Shown here: piece by piece, positions 40,990 through 56,500 of the stretch
Numbering within the stretch: position 1 is the first letter of the stretch
Layout: every line of letters starts with the position of its first letter
From: Trichoplax adhaerens
Lineage: Eukaryota > Animalia > Placozoa
NCBI RefSeq assembly: GCF_000150275.1
Contig: NW_002060943.1
Span: 6,936,299 to 7,000,298, forward strand
Length of the DNA stretch: 64,000 bases
Reading direction: 5' to 3'
Translations under genes and position numbers: made by a program
Notes under the pieces: generated by a model
Database searches by the model: none
The model's input: only the letters and a program-made list of their open reading frames with translations
Told to the model about the DNA's origin: nothing

Positions 40990-41591
40990 GGCAAAACAAT
41001 CAACGATCTTAATAGATTTCAAAAAAATTTCCGTACCTTCTTGCTATGCATCAATTAAATAAGTAGTATTAACATTGAAACTACTGAGTGTTAATAATGA
41101 AATCCTATGGACTAATAGTATTGTCTACAACCTTGTATGCCAGCTTACGTGATAGCATTACAATACGAGTACCGGTTATTCTACATCAACAGTGCAGTAT
41201 ACGCATATAATCCAATCATACTTTCATACACTCCTTCAAGTTCTACTACGTAAAGTATTTGTACTAGTATCATCACAATAGGGCAATAGTACAGTATAGA
41301 GGCTTATATAGGTAACATTGAGAGGTAATCAACGTACATATCAGAGTTATTCAAACGACAGCGCCTGCTGCAGTCATTATAGCCGTTCTGAAATTAAACT
41401 AGCAAGAATATTCTGTCCCACTACCATTGGAAAATGAATTGTTGTTGCCTTACTAAGTTATAACAATCAGTAATCTGACGGCCATAACATTACGTAGCTA
41501 CAATACATTAAAACTTGAATTTTATTCATTAATTTATAAACTAGTCCAATTATAATTCTAGCCAAAAGACACAAAAGTAAAAGATACGACT

Positions 41592-44500
41592 ATGTCAGCA
41601 TCATTGGCTATGCAAGAATTAATGTCTGATCCATCGGGACATTTTGCTCCAAAACCTCCACCAGGTAGAAGCAAAATCAACAGGAAAAGACCTCAGACAG
41701 GTATGAAAAACGAGAAATTCCTTGAAAGCATCGAACATATAATGTCTAGACACGTATAGTTTGCTCAGTTCACATATTTCTCTGTGCTATTGATGCAGTA
41801 AAGGACAATCCTAAGTCTTGTTTATGTCCAATATAATTACGGCGTTAACCAAAATTATCTATTTTCTATTTTGTTAATTACATCATTACATTTAAGTAGT
41901 ACCATATACTAATTGATTTATATAGAATCGTACAACTACTCTATATAAATATCGAGGCTTGCCCAATACGGTGTGTATCTTAAGAATACTTATCATCATA
42001 TTTCGCTATACAGAAACGTATAACCACAGAATACATACGTTAACTTTGAAATGTTCGTCCATCTACATACTCCCTTTATACAGTAGTTTATGCGAGGATA
42101 ACTATTTAGCTTTTTAAATTACTTAGCGATATTAAATCAGTCCCATCGAAATCTGAATAGTAAATACAAGTAATCATCAAGATTAAATTTGCTTACAAAT
42201 CTTGACCCTCTTCAAGGATTACATTCCATAGCTAACGTATCAACTTCATGAAAACTTGATTGTTATCTCAAGATGCCTATCCAATGCATCATTTCTATTT
42301 CATAGATGTTACTAGTATAAATACTATGATTAATAACTTTATCCAAAATCATTCGCGTTTAAATCAGCCTTAGATATATTCATCAACAGTATTTAATATT
42401 CTCTTACGTGCTGATAGCCCCAGGGCGTCAAATCACAACGGCTTCGAAAGCTCCAAAACTATGGCGGTCATCAACTTACAATGAACCCAATTTAAAAAGG
42501 AGAAAATTTATTGTGACATTAAATCATAAGAAGGATATTTCCAGTATAAGCCGCAATGCTCCATATGCAAATAGAGCCTACACTACAGCAATGGCTACCG
42601 CAGCTAGAACCTATAGTAACGCATTGAATAAAGGCCAGCAAAAAGAAATTATACCAATATATAACCCACTGTGTGATCCACATCTGAATGATTATTATGC
42701 TCGCAAATTTGGTTTGCTAAATAGCCGAGACGTAAGTATATGGCTATTGATATCCTTTATTATATGCTTAATAATACCAATCAAGAGATTAACTAAGAGA
42801 GTTACTTACTATACCTTACTATTTACTTAATACGAGCATTAACTGACAGCTAGTTTAGCACATTTTAAGCTATGAATCATATTCTAATGCAATATTAGAT
42901 ACTTTTATCAAGTTAAAATGCATTTTAGAGAGATAATATCTATAGGCTTAAATTAATACTTTTAATTCAAAGATATAGTTATAACTTAAATCTAATTGCA
43001 AACTTTTACTCTAATATTTAGGAATCTCGAAAAAACCGCAAGCAAGGTAAATTGTACTAGTATACTTATATTATGTTATCAATAAACGATACAGGATTCG
43101 TGATATCTATTAATTCGATATCTTCAAATATCGTTGCCGATAGTGTTTTCTGATTACTTTTATATTTTTATTAGCTGGTGTTGCTTACCAGTTCGGCGTT
43201 AAAACGGGAGACAAGAAAGGATCAGACACTGATGCTAAGGTACTGACTTTAATTCTAGCTTGTAACCACGATGGTTTCATAAAGTTTTTATAGGTTCAAT
43301 GCTTCTAAAACCATTCATATTAACTGATTGCATTAAGGTTTACATCCAAGTTATTGGAACAAAAGATAAAATTCCTAAAAAACGATTATTTAAGAAGCAA
43401 GAAACTGAAAAAACTGAAAGAGGAAATCTCTTTAAATTTGATAAAAGCACAGTTGAAAAATTTGCTGTTCAACATCGAGACATTGGTGATCCAGTAAAAT
43501 TAATCGTTGAGGTAACCTAAATAACAGTATGATATGCTCTCAGTCAATACTCACGACCGTTAATGAATTTATGTTTATACGTATTTACAATCAGGAAATT
43601 CATAGTAGATATTTATATTAAAACTAAAATAGTCATAAATCCTATGTTTTGCTAAACAAACATATTGTAGCACGACGGTAATGAGAAACGACATGGATGG
43701 TTTCTTGAAGAAATAACGTTAACTAACATTCAAAGTAAAAAATCATGGTTATTTCCTTGTCATAAATGGTTATCAAAGTATGAAGGTGACCGCAAATTAT
43801 GTTACGAATTAAAGCCTTTAGCTAAGGCCGGCAAAGCTGGTAAGCACTTCTTATTCACTGTACCCCATACTCTTACCGATCTTAAACATATTTGTAAAGA
43901 GCTAGTTTCAGTATTTATGGCTTTGAACTTATAGTATATTCATTAATTTCAGTATATGAAGTAAGCGTTCTGACCGGCGATAAAAGAGGAGCTGGGACAG
44001 ATGCCAATGTATCCGTAACGCTATTTGGCAAACATACCAGTTCGCCAAAGATTCAGCTATTGAAAAGGTATTAATAAGAATAAACTTATTTACTGTCCAC
44101 TTCTATATTATAAGCATATCTCTATTAATTTAATAATTATAAATTAAATTATCGCTACATATTAACTTGCTGTATCTTGACTATTACAGTAGTAAACATA
44201 AGAATCCATTCGAACGCAATAATACCGACGAATTTAAAATTCGAACTCGAGATGTCGGTAAATTAAGCAAGATAAGGTAAGGTTGATAGGTTTTAACAGT
44301 TCCAAATATTCAAATTTGGTATATCGTATTTTACTTCTAGATGATGTAAATCACAAACAGGCGTGCACTTTAACACTAATGTGATATTGATTGACTTGTA
44401 CATTAAATTTATATTGATATATAGAATTGAACATGATAATGCTGGTTTTGGACCAGGATGGTTTCTTGACAAGGTCGGTAGAAAAATCTTTCAAATTGTG

Positions 44501-47500
44501 CAATGTAGATTTAATCAATTTTATATACCTAAAAAGATAGTGGCAGATTTTACTTTTAAGTATAAACAGGATGATACTAAGATTGTCAGTATAACGAACA
44601 GCAATCAAGCAATACACTTCTTTACAATTTCATCAGGACTACGATTTTTTACTTACTCAGAGCCCTTATTTCATACTTAGCGTCTAATAACGGCAAAAGC
44701 TAAAATAAATTTCTGTATAAACGATAAGACATATCGTAAATCGAACTAAAAATAAAACTAAAATTATTGCAATTATCAAACTAGGTTATCATATGCAACT
44801 TAGAAAAGCCAAATGTTAAATATTATTGTCCCTGTAACCAATGGTTAGCCAAAGACGTTGGCGATAAATCAATCAGCCGTGATCTAACCGCTTATACAGA
44901 TCCAAATGCCGCACCCTCAGGTAAATCATGAGCTACACATTATGGTCGTGGATCAATAAAATCAATTGGATATGAATTAAGATTTCTTACTCATCTGTCA
45001 TTAATCCATCTTTATCTCTTTGCCTCTATATTATAGCCTATGTCTACATTGTTCATACCTTTACTGGAAATAAAAGAGGTGCTGGAACCGATGCAAATGT
45101 ATATGCAGTCATCTTTGGAGATAGTGGCGATACTGGAGAAAAAAGATTGGATAACTCTAAGAATAATTTTGAGAAATCAAGGTTGTACATTCTTGTATAA
45201 CTAATTATTTCCACGTCGTAATTGCACTATAAACTATTATAATATAATCACAGCAAACGTCATTTTGTACCGTATTTAATATCTAATATACGTATATGCC
45301 TTTATTTATGTGTTACAGAAAAGATACCTTTAAATTGAGTTGTTCTTGTGTTGGAAAATTGGAAAGATTGCGTATTCGCCATGATAATACTGGTCTCTTT
45401 GCTGGTTGGTATCTAGACAAGGTTAGTACTTTGAAAGAAATTAAGCAATTACGGGCAAATTAGTAATGACTATCTTCAAACCTGTCATATTGATATATTC
45501 CAAAGTAAAAAAATAAAGTACGGAAAATTATATTAACTTGTATGCTATTAAAGCACACTTAGTAATAAAAAGATCCGAAGATACTAACTTACATGCACGA
45601 TTCTTGAATAACCTTTTCATCGGTCAAATAGGTTGTAGTCGAAGATCCACAAGAACAGCAATCTTATACATTTTACTGTCGACGATGGTTATCAAAAACA
45701 GAAGACGACGGAGAAATTTGTCGAGATCTAATCGTATCTGCAAGTGGAGATGATGGAGATGATTCTGTTGCTCCTAAAGGTAATAGTAGTAAAACATATA
45801 ATTGCATTGAAAAGTTTTTCAAACCATATACTGTACTGCTATTGAAGTCTGTTTCCATAGCCTAGTCCATTTTCGTATTGCTATTAGTACATGTTATAGC
45901 AACTTTACTTTGATTTAGTAAAATAAAAAATGTCATTTCTTTAGCTCAAGAATTCATCTTATCATTTTTTTGATGCTTCACAGGCTATCCTTACCATATT
46001 CATGTTACAACAAGTGATGTCAAAAATGCCGGTACGGATGCCGAAGTCTATGTTGTTATGCACGGAGAAGGTAAAAAAAGTAAAGAGCTAAATAGTGGTA
46101 AATTAGTCTTGGCGAATTCAGAAAAGAAAAAGAATACTTTTGAACGCGCAATGACGGATATCTTCCATATGGAATGCGCTGAAATGTTATCACCACTAAC
46201 TAAGCTAACAGTTGGCCATGATAATAAAGGTTTAGCAGCTGGATGGCATTTAGATAGGGTAAAGGCAGTATTCACTAATTTACATTCCGTTAAACATTTA
46301 TTGCATATAAATATAAAATACCGTTTTGCTGCTTATAATATGATTATCAAGGCAATGTTATATTTGTATAGAGCTGTCTTGATATTAACGCTCTGTCTTT
46401 CCATTTGGAAACTTAGATCGTAATCGATTGCCCAACCACTGGAATTGAGCAAACATTTTTATGCCAACAATGGTTGGATAGGAAAGCTGGTGATGGATTA
46501 ACAGAGAGAGAATTAGTTGAAGCTTTCGATATGAGGAAAACAAGGCGGCCGAGTAAGTTATTTTATTAACATATTATTAATTTGAGTAATTCATAGTTAT
46601 AATATCGAAGTGTTTATACTATTATATACTCAACAAGTTTAAAAGTGATTACTTTCCTGTGCCTTAGATCATAGGATATTACCTTTAATTAAATACTTAC
46701 GGTATATAACACCAATCACAATCAATCTTAAAAAGTTTAATTTTGCTAAAAAGTGATTATCTATGAATTTAAAATTTTGTTACTGTTGTATATACCCTTT
46801 AATTATTCCGCTTGTTGATAGTCTAGAATGTCAAAATTGGCTATTATTGAAATACTTAGTTAATCTTTAAGATACTACATAACCAGTAAAATTCTAATGA
46901 CTTTTATCGCCTATTTATAGAACAACTTTGGTTCGCTTGGATTTGGACCAGCGATATACGAGGTGCTGGCACTGATGCTAATGTATCTATGCAAATCTAT
47001 GGCGATAAAGGGAAAAGTCAAGAAATCAAACTCGGAAATAACACTGATAACTTTGAACAAGCCACATTAGATAAATTTAAGGTAAGAAGCAAGTATTTAT
47101 ACACATATGAATTATCGCGTAAGTTATGCCTATAAAGCAACGCTGTACGATGAACTAAATACTATTTGATTACGTCCAAATACTAGCTTGAAATCGATCA
47201 GGTTGGCGTTCCCTATAAGCTAAGAATTGGCCATGATAATAGTAATGCCTTTCCAGGATGGCATTTAGACAAGGTTAAATTAGAAAATATGAATGACAAA
47301 GAACAGTACTTGTTCAACTGTAATCGATGGCTATCGAGAAGTGAAGAGGACAACGAAATAATACGAGAGTTGCCAGCTTCAGGTCCAAATTGCCCGAATT
47401 ATCCAAGTGAGTAATTATGGAATCCACCTTGAAATGCTCAATTGTGTTTAAATGTACTGCTTACATTATCGACTATGCTTTTGATCATAGCTCTAAAAAT

Positions 47501-50500
47501 ATCTTTAATTTTTGTCATAGTTGTCATTTACGAAGTATCTGTCCATACCGGTAATAAAATGGGCGGTGGAACAGATGCTAACGTATTCATCAAGATTTAT
47601 GGCGAATTAGGCGATTCTGGATATCGCCCTTTAAAGTCTTCCAAAAGCCATAATAATAAATTTGAAAGAAATCAAGTTGATGTCTTTCATATTGAGGCTG
47701 TAACATTAAAGGCATTGAAGAAAATAAAGATTGGCCACGATGGCAATAATCCCGGTAAAAGAATATCTTAAATTATAGTGATATCGAATACTTACAAGAG
47801 AAAGATTGATCTGATATTCTTCCATCCAAAATGTCACACATAGGCATACTAAAAATTACATTTTCACTATCGCTTTTCTCTAATATTATTGAGAAAGAGA
47901 TCTATTTACTTCGAAAAAAATGTTTTTCCTAATCATATTTACGCTCAACCTTGAAATAGGAGCTGGTTGGTTTCTGGATAAAGTAGTGATCAAAGAGCTC
48001 AACGGAGAAGCATCCAATGAATTTCCTTGCAATCGGTATGTATGAAATAACGACATGTTTACTAACCTTAGAAAGAGCAATATCAATAAGAACTAGATAA
48101 AATCATTTTATCCTATACATTATAGATGGCTGTCTAAGAGTGAGGATGATGGTCAAATAGTCCGGGAATTATTCTTAAAAAGTGATACTCCACTTCTGAA
48201 AAGTAAGTTGGCGGAAGATGGAAAATAAGTCCAGATTTAATCTTGTATTTGATCGCAGAATTGGTTATAATTACTTGCAACCTTTTCTATCCTATACAGC
48301 AACCTCATATCACATTTCCGTTAAGACGGGAGATGTTCGCAATGCTGGAACCGATGCCAATGTTTTCATACAAATCTTCGGTGCTAAAGATGATACTGGT
48401 CGCGTTCGTCTTAAGCAATCGCTTAATACAAGCAATAAATTTGAAAGAAACCGTATTGATAAATTTATTATAGAAGCAGCACAAATTGGCAAGGTAAATA
48501 CTATAGCAATTTTGGCTAGAAAGTACCATAAACCGATATCTAGTACCTTAAAAGTAAAAGATGATATAAGGATAACATTAGGTTGTGAGATGAAATCTTA
48601 TTGAAAGGTGTAGTAGTGAACTTGTGATAAAATATCACTTCTAATTCACTTATTCAAATCGAATTAAATTTGTCAAAGTTCCAAGATTTTTTTCACAGTC
48701 ATACTGATCTATAGCATAATTTTAAAGATAATATAGCGGAATATCTTAAGGAGCGATATAAGTTCATTCTTAATGCCAATATAACATTTATAACGTATTC
48801 ATCTATGCTGCTGTTGCCATCAATAGATTGAGAAAATAATAATTGGCCATGACGGTAAAGGTCTAGGAAGTGGTTGGTTCTTAGATTACATAGAACTTGA
48901 TGTTCCATCAGTGGGTCGATTATATCGTTTTTCTTGCCATCAATGGTTTGATAGTACTGAAGGAGATCGAAAAGTTGAGAGGGAGTTATATCCAAGCGAA
49001 TGTATCAAATCGGCAGCAAGTAAGTGATACAATACTGAAATAGATCCAATTTATAAGATCGGTATTCGTTCAATGATAAACTTGATTTCAAAATTTCAAT
49101 CACTAAACAAGATATCTGATATTCTAATCATGAACTCGATACCTACTGTTACCATATTAACTTCTTTCACCTAGAAATTCCTTATCAAATTTCCGTTCAC
49201 ACCGGCGATATCCGCCATGCCGGTACGGATTCTAATGTATTCGCAGTCATCTATGGTGAAAACGGTAAGACCGAAGAATTAAAGTTAAGGAATAAATCCG
49301 ATAACTTTGAACGTGGACAAGTCGATGTATTTAAGGTAAAGTTTTCAAGTTCATAATATTGTCGGTTAAAATTTCATCAATTAAATGGAAGATTTTGCGT
49401 ATGACTCCTATAGGTCGAATGTGAAGATGTTGGTAAATTAAGAAAACTTCGCATTGGTCATGATAGCGCAGGTATGGGATCGGCATGGTTTCTTGACAAG
49501 GTAATACTATCGGTGTTATTAATAAGCTTTAATATCGCATAACTTCAATAAATATTACGATTACAAATGACAGAAAATTATAAAGGAGCTAGCATTTATT
49601 TTAAAGATATTATGGACTTGATATTCTATCTACATAAATGTTCGTCTTGTGCTTAATAAACGAGCTCTAAATTCGTTGCATAATTCAGTAATAACTGCTC
49701 AAACGATATAAATATTCCAATACTATATAGAAAATGGACTAGTGAATGAAAATTGTATTTTAAGGCCATAACAATTTACATTGGATTGATATCGATTGGT
49801 AACAATTCTACAATAGAAAAATACCGTACTTATAATCAGTTGATCATAAATTTCAGGTCTACGTACGTCGATTACCACCGAAAAGTGGTAAAAAAAGCAA
49901 AGAAACCGATGAAAGAGAAGAGGAAACGGCAAAGAAAGACGCTGACGAACCGGAAAAATTAGACGAAAATAACTATTTATTTGTTGCTAATCGTTGGCTA
50001 TCAAAAGAAGAAGGAGATCGTCAAACAGTTATTGAAATATCCCCCGTTGGAGTCGATGGAGCGCTAGCAGGTATTGATTAGGATATTTCTACTGGCAATC
50101 TACATAAATAAAAAGATTGATAGTGTCCCATTTGAAGCCTTAACTTAGCTTTAGTCTTACTTTGTATGTGATGTTGACTCAGCCTATATTCTATCGGATT
50201 TTGAACTTTTTAGAAATGACTTATACTATTCGTGTTATCACTGGCAATAAATTTGGATGTGGAACCAATGCTAATGTCTTCATAAATATGTACGGGGAAG
50301 AAGGCGATTCTGGTGAAAGACAGCTGAAAAAATCAGAAACCCATACTGATAAATTTGAACGCAATCAGGTCAGAAATTAGTATTAGCAAAAGAATATTCT
50401 GTTCGACAGCTAAATATTTTATCATAGAACAAAGTAGGAGATATTAAATAGTTTATCATCACCAATTGAAGCGAAAAAATACAAGTTAACATCGCTTACT

Positions 50501-53500
50501 TATATGACTGCATGTTCAAGAAGAAATTCTACTTTTATTCAACAGGAGGACGTTTTTAAGATTAGCTGCCTCAGCCTGGGCGAACTGAAGAAAATCAAAA
50601 TTAGACATGATAACTCAGGTTTTAGGCCGGCATGGTTCTTGGATAAAGTTATTATTGAAGTTGGAGAATCCAAATATCAATTCATGTGCGATCGATGGCT
50701 AGCTAAAGATGAAGACGATGGTCAAATATCTCGAGAGTTATTACCACAAAGTGACGAACAAAGTAGGGCAGAAGCCATAGGTGCATCTAAAGATTTGCAA
50801 AAGAAAGGTAATATGAATAGCCATTAATGTCTAATAATATTTCGTCCTAGCAACACACCACGGGACTGCCAATTTAGTTAATCGAATTGAAACTATTTGC
50901 TAATTTTCTATTTTAATATTTTTCATCTCAGTTGCTAGCACAACCTATAATGTCTCTGTGACTACTGGTGATATTAAAGGAGCTGGAACCGATGCTAATG
51001 TCCACATAGTTTTATACGGCGAAAAAGATGACACAGGTAATCTTCCATACTTATCTTTTCTATCTCGTACGGTTCATCATTTCATTGCTAGAACTTGAAA
51101 TATCGTAAAGAGAATAATATTCATTGAATCTCTATTCTCAATAATGTAACTTTTCTAGACATTAATATACACTACAGAGAATTTCTTTGTTACTAGAGCT
51201 AATACTTAAAATGATTCACTCAATTTATTTTAGTCAAGATCTGCCTTTTCGGATGATTCACTTTCCAATCTTAATTTATTATAATTTAGGCCTTATCCAC
51301 CTGAAAAACTCCACAACTCACTCCAATAAATTTGAAAGAAATCAAGAGGATAGATTTGTTGTTGAAGCAATCGATATTGGAGAGCTTAAAAAAATCAAGT
51401 GAGTCATAATACATAAAGCAAAGTTATGCTTTTGGTAGTCATTTCTCACATTTATCCTGATGGGATGTAACTGCTAAAGTTGATCTTATTGCTATACTCC
51501 TTTTCCTTTAACATTAGAATTGGACATGACAATAAAGGTGGAATGGCTGGTTGGTTCTTGAATAAAGTAGAGATCGATATTCCCTCACTAGGACGTCGAT
51601 TACTTTTCCCTTGCGGTAGATGGATAGATAAAGGCAAAGACGATGGAGCTTTGGAACGAGAGCTTTATCCGTTAAATGAAGCCGAAGAAACTTATCGGCC
51701 GCGTAAGTTGATCATGAATTGAAAGTAATTGAAGAATAAAATCAGAGTAACGATAGGATCTACGGCGGTTAACTAGCTAGCTAGCTAACGAGAGTGAAAA
51801 TTAATGATTCTAGTAGATTTTTCAAAATATGTTATAGTTCCTTAGTTAGATATAAAGATTCTTTACTATTGATTGGTAATTAATGGAAATTATGTCTATC
51901 CTCAATAAAATTTAGATATCCCCTATGAAGTAACGGTTTATACAACCGATAAACGTGGCGCAAGTACTGGAGCCAATGTTTATGTTGTCATTTATGGCGA
52001 AGAAAATCAAACTGAGCAAGCTAGCTTAGAGCCTGACAAAAAGAGGCGGAAACAATATTTCAAGAACGGTGCCATTGATAAATTTGTCTTGGAGGTAATA
52101 GCATGGAAATAGAATAATCTTATGCCTATGCACTCTCTTCATCGAGAAATTTACTTTGTCAATTTTACATGAGTAACAATTTGTAGTATTGTTATGCTCA
52201 ACATTAGCCATTGAACCTAAGTTGTTAATCTTATTGCATTGGCACTTTGCTTAGCTTGATGATGTCGGTGAAGAGATTACCAAACTGAGAATTGGCCATG
52301 ATGGTAAAGGTTGGGGAGCTGGATGGCATCTGGATAAAGTAGAAATATGTCGATTGCTGGACGGTGGAAAAGCATCGAAAAAATTTACATTCCAATGTAA
52401 TCGATGGTTAGCATCCGATGAGGATGATGGCGCTATAGTTCGTGAATTAGTTCCTTCGGAAATTGTAGAGAAAAGTTCAAAAGACGGAGGCCAAGTAAAG
52501 ACCAAAGTTACTAAACCTACCGATGGGCTAAAAGGTACCCCCCCCCCCCTCCAAAGTATACCTTCCCTCTTAAATCTTACACAACCTTTATTCCTTTTCT
52601 TACTTTCTACTGCCTTTATTTTTTTATAGTTAAGCCGTATACTATCCATGTCTTTACTGGGGATGTGGATGGAGCAGGTACCAACGCTAATGTATTCCTG
52701 ACAATATTTGGTGAAAGTGGCGATTCTGGTGAACGTAAATTAGCCAAATCAGACACTCATTACGACAAATTCGAACGTAATCAAGTACGTCGTAATAGAC
52801 TAAAAGATTGAAAAATATCAAAAATTACTGTTTATGACATGATAATACACTTACTGCATGGCATAAATCCTAGAATATCTTGATATCTATCATTAAGAAG
52901 TCCATCATCAACTATTGATTTCATGATTTACATCTTTTTACTAAGTCATCAGGGTAGTATACGTGTATACTGCCAAATACAATATTTTGATCATATCAAA
53001 GGCGACGAGCAAAAAATAGAGATATATTCGTATAGAATAATTTAAAATATTTATTATTGATACTAAAGGGAAATATTTATTGAGAATAACGAAATTAATT
53101 TCCTTCTCTTATGAATCATATTGTAATTAATATCTGTTCTTTCGTATGATGCTATTTTAGGAGGATATCTTTCATATCGAAGCTGCTGATCTTGGTAGAC
53201 TGTTTAAGGTTAAAATTCGCCACGACAATACGGGTAGTCTCTTTAGTCCTGCTTGGTTCCTTAATCGTATTGAAATAGTTGATGATGAAAACGAGGAAAC
53301 GACAGCATTCCCTTGTGAAAGATGGCTAGCTAAGAAGAAAGATGATGGTAAAATTGACCGTACATTATTTGTTAAAGGTTGGGAAGGCGATACGTCTAGT
53401 GTTGCTACAACACGGAGCAAAGGTAACAATTAAATTAGTATTGCAGACGAGAATATGAAAGAGGATTTATTTCCATTCAGATTAATGTAGCGTAGCGGAA

Positions 53501-56500
53501 TAGTCTTGGAAATCTTTAATTAAAAGCAACGTTATTGCTATTTTTAGCGTCCTTTCGAAGTAATTCTACTGACCTTGGTGAAATGGTATCAGCCAGTGGA
53601 CGCCGCGCTAGTTCAAGGAAAGGACCAGTCATGGCTCCAATCGATGAAAAATGTAACTGTTTGAACTACTGGATTATTTATTTCCAAATTCAGTTAGACA
53701 GTATATGAAGGTTTCTCTAACAATTTCAACTTAAATTTCAACATTCAGGTGTTCCGTATAACATTAAAGTCACTGTGGGTGAAGAGTCGAGCAAAAACTT
53801 TCAAGAAACACTCCATCTTGAACTTTTTGGTCAAATTGAGGAAGAAAAGTCAGGGCCTATCGAACTCTCGCCTGAAAAGAAAAGTGATAAAACTTTCTAC
53901 CCTGGAAAAATTACTACCTTTTACGTTAGTGCCGCTGAAGTAAATATCATTGAGAAAATTCAAGTAAGTAGTAGCGGGTTGATTGTTGATAAAAGATCGG
54001 CTTGAATGATATGGTTATTGATCTTCGTGAAACCTTGAAATTTATTAGGTTAGCCATAATAGTTATATGCCAGACTCTGGTATCTACCTGAAAGAAATTG
54101 AAGTTGATGTACCAACCATTGGAAATAAGTATATCTTTCCTTGTAATCGTTGGCTAGCGAAAGATAAAGATGATAGTAAGACTTCACGCATCTTCACCGC
54201 AGCCAATGCTCAAGTAACTTCCTACACAGCGCGTAAGTCTGCTATGGCATCGTTAATAGTAGCTTAAAAATAATTAACTAAGCAGTAACTAATGTGATAA
54301 CAGATTAAATAATAAGCAAATTTTTCTCATTTACTACTTTTCCTATTCAATCATGAACTAGTAAAACCTTATGAGTTAACCATCCATACTGGCGACGTGC
54401 AAAATGCTGGAACAGATTCCAATATATTCGTTATTCTATTCGGAACAAAAGGCAGAACACCTGAAATATCTTTAGAGAAGAATGAAGATCGATTTGAAAG
54501 AGCCAAAGTCGATATTATTCCGGTATGATCGCAATAATTAATCAGTTTACGATCACATTCATGTTATATTCTTTGAATTGATGGCTACAAAATATAATAT
54601 CTAGTATCATATACCACCTAAATGGCTGTCTATTGCAATCAAATTTTAACTATTATGAAGCTCTTTATAGACTATTCAAGTATTGATTCCTTTTTGATTA
54701 ATTTTATTATATTCTTTTAAATAGCTGGAATTAGACGATGTAGGCACTATTAAAAAGATCAGAATTGGTCATGATGGTAAAGGAAGTAGAACAGACTGGT
54801 ATCTAGAAAAGGTTAGAAAATTGTTTATGATCGTATGATTCAAGGGCAATACGGTATTGATTATTGCTATCTAAATGTTATTCCGCTAAAACGTTTACAT
54901 TATTAATTTCTTGTTCTAATCACCCTTTTACAGGCATCAATCCAAAGAATGGATACTTTAGATATGTATATGTTCAGGGCTAATCAGTGGTTCTCCAAGA
55001 AAATTGACGATAAAAAATTAGTCCGTGAAATTCCAGCAGAAACAAGTAAAGAGGGTGCTACAACAATTAAGAGTAAGCTTCAGCCAGAATGTTTAATGCA
55101 ATTGATTTACTGACCTTTATGTGATAATAATATACCAATTTTAAGTAGTCCTAAAAAATATTACGATTACCTTAACGTATATATATGGGAACTTTAAAAG
55201 TTACACTATGTTAAACGTCTGCCTTGAATATTAACCCTCAACATATAAATATTTTATAACTAAACATAGAGATCAACTATGTTTTATCCACACATACCTC
55301 GGATAAGCGCGGATCGGGTACCGATGCCAATGTATTTGTTATCATATTTGGTGAAAATGGCGACTCTGGAGAAATTGCCTTGAAAAAATCAGAAACCAAT
55401 TGGAATAAATTTGAAAAAGGTCAAACCGATGTTTTCCTTATTAATGATCGCTTAAGCTTAGGACGATTACAAAAGCTTCGCATCTGGCATGACAACGCAG
55501 GTATGCTGCTAAGAAACTATTTTAATTTATTATATCAATAAGTATAGGATATTAAATTTTTCATTTGCAATATATCAACTGCTTATTCCACATAGATTAA
55601 CGATTAGTATCACTTTCTATAACTAATGAATTTTAGAAATTTTTCTTTATTAACTAGTTCTTTAATATATGTAACTTTCATTTATTGTCCTTGACATTAT
55701 TGTAGGATTTGGTGCAAGCTGGCACTTGGCCTCAGTAGACATAGTTGATGAAAGTACAGGCGTTAAATATACATTCCCATGCGATAAATGGCTCTCAAAG
55801 AGCAATGGCGATAAATTGATTCTCCGTGAACTTCCATGTGCGGAAACAGCAGGAAATACTGCTGCATCTAAAGCTACTAAGCAAGAGAGTAAATCTGGAA
55901 AAGCAGGTAATAATTACAGCTTGAATTTTATGTTACAAGTATTTATTTGACTGAATTAATCAATCAATGTAGAATATACGCTAACAAGATCATTATTTTT
56001 TATTGAAAAGAATACGAAATTGCATTTACAACTGGCACTGAAAAAAGAGCTGGAACAAATCAAGATGTAGCCATTGTACTGAAAGGGAAAAGCGAAAAGT
56101 CAAGAGAATTCTTAATTGAAAACAATGAAGATAAAAAATACTTCAGCAAAGGCAAAACAAATAAATTTACTTATACCTGTAAGCCTCTTGGTGATATCAC
56201 CAAGGCCATTGTGTCACATCGTGAAAGTGCAATTGGTGAAGAGCCTGATTCTAAAAACTCATCGTGGTACTTAAAAGTAGTTACTGTTGTCCATAAAGCA
56301 AGCGGAACAACGTAAGATAATAACTAATGGAAATTATAATAATAATAATAAGAAACTTAGTATTTCGTCTAATTGGATTATAACTCATAGTGCCTACTAT
56401 TAGTTCAGTAGTTTACTAGATACGGTATTACTAATCCTTCTTCAATACATCTATAGGTACAAGTTCCCTTGTAATAAATGGATAGATCTTGATGACGATG

